DNA of 64,000 nucleotides from Hypanus sabinus. Its lineage: Eukaryota. The stretch is taken from NCBI RefSeq assembly GCF_030144855.1, contig NC_082714.1, positions 56,110,001 to 56,174,000 on the forward strand, read 5' to 3'. Shown here piece by piece: positions 63,466 to 64,000 of this stretch. The first letter of the stretch is position 1. Each line of letters starts with the position of its first letter. Position numbers and translations under genes: made by a program. The notes below the pieces were generated by a model. That model was not told where the DNA came from. It saw nothing but the letters and a program-made list of their open reading frames with translations, and searched no databases.

Positions 63466-64000
63466 CTAAATATTAGAACAAAGAATAATACTTAAACAAT
63501 CATTGTTTCATAAATATGGATAAAACATTTTGCCAAGATTGACTGAACTCTTTCATTCTGTCCTGTATTGAATCCTATCTTTTCCAGTCTGTGTATTCCC
63601 CATAAATCCTAGTTCGTATTTAGCACCCCCTTTTGTGACACAAGTTAAATGAAGAAAGACATTAAAATGTGCATACTGTGTCCCTCAAGGACATCTAATC
63701 TGTTTCCAACTCTTTGTAAATTAGCTGATTTGTTCAAAACTGTTGAATGAATCAATGAATGCCATCAGGAGGCAAGGCTCTGAACTCTGCAATTCCTGCC
63801 CTAAATGTGTCTGTCTGTTCAGATCCTCATCAGAATCCACCTCCTTAATTAAGCTTCAGGTCATAGAGTAATTCAGCATAGAGAAAGGTCCTTCAACCTA
63901 TCTCATTTATGCCAACCTTGCCTATCTATATCCTAATCCCACTCTTTTACATTAATTCGACAAGCCTTTATGCCTTGCTGATTTGATTACCTGTCAAAGT

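Noticed and set aside
1-64000. Most short ORFs in the six-frame track
   Set aside because: They are antisense or alternate frames of transposon remnants, or chance ORFs without splice or homology support

Overview
Vertebrate genomic DNA, most likely a cartilaginous fish (shark or ray), inferred from the repeat repertoire: CR1, Rex/Babar, HE1/V-SINE-like, Deu-SINE-like and Penelope. No prokaryotic features. Host genes: (1) a complete 7-exon UBFD1 on + (CDS 33710-45418, 879 nt, 292 aa, all introns GT-AG and phase-consistent); (2) the first coding exon of an MFSD11/UNC93-like transporter on - (6706-6617), missed by the ORF track; (3) a signal-peptide first exon on + (49169-49234) in a CCAAT/CpG promoter, tentatively ERN/IRE1-like. 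Almost everything else is decayed transposons. At 14.6-25 kb is a nested stack (Rex/Babar > Gypsy A > solo-LTR-like B > Gypsy C, plus an L1 and a solo LTR inside A), mostly resolved by target-site duplications (TSDs). At 56.5-60 kb is a second stack (hAT > Tigger > Harbinger). The most unusual observation: Gypsy C has no tRNA-type primer-binding site. That position holds a 16-nt antisense copy of the LTR's own poly(A)-signal segment, which suggests self-priming and/or poly(A) occlusion. Family assignments rest on recalled motifs, not database searches, and boundaries of old repeats are approximate.
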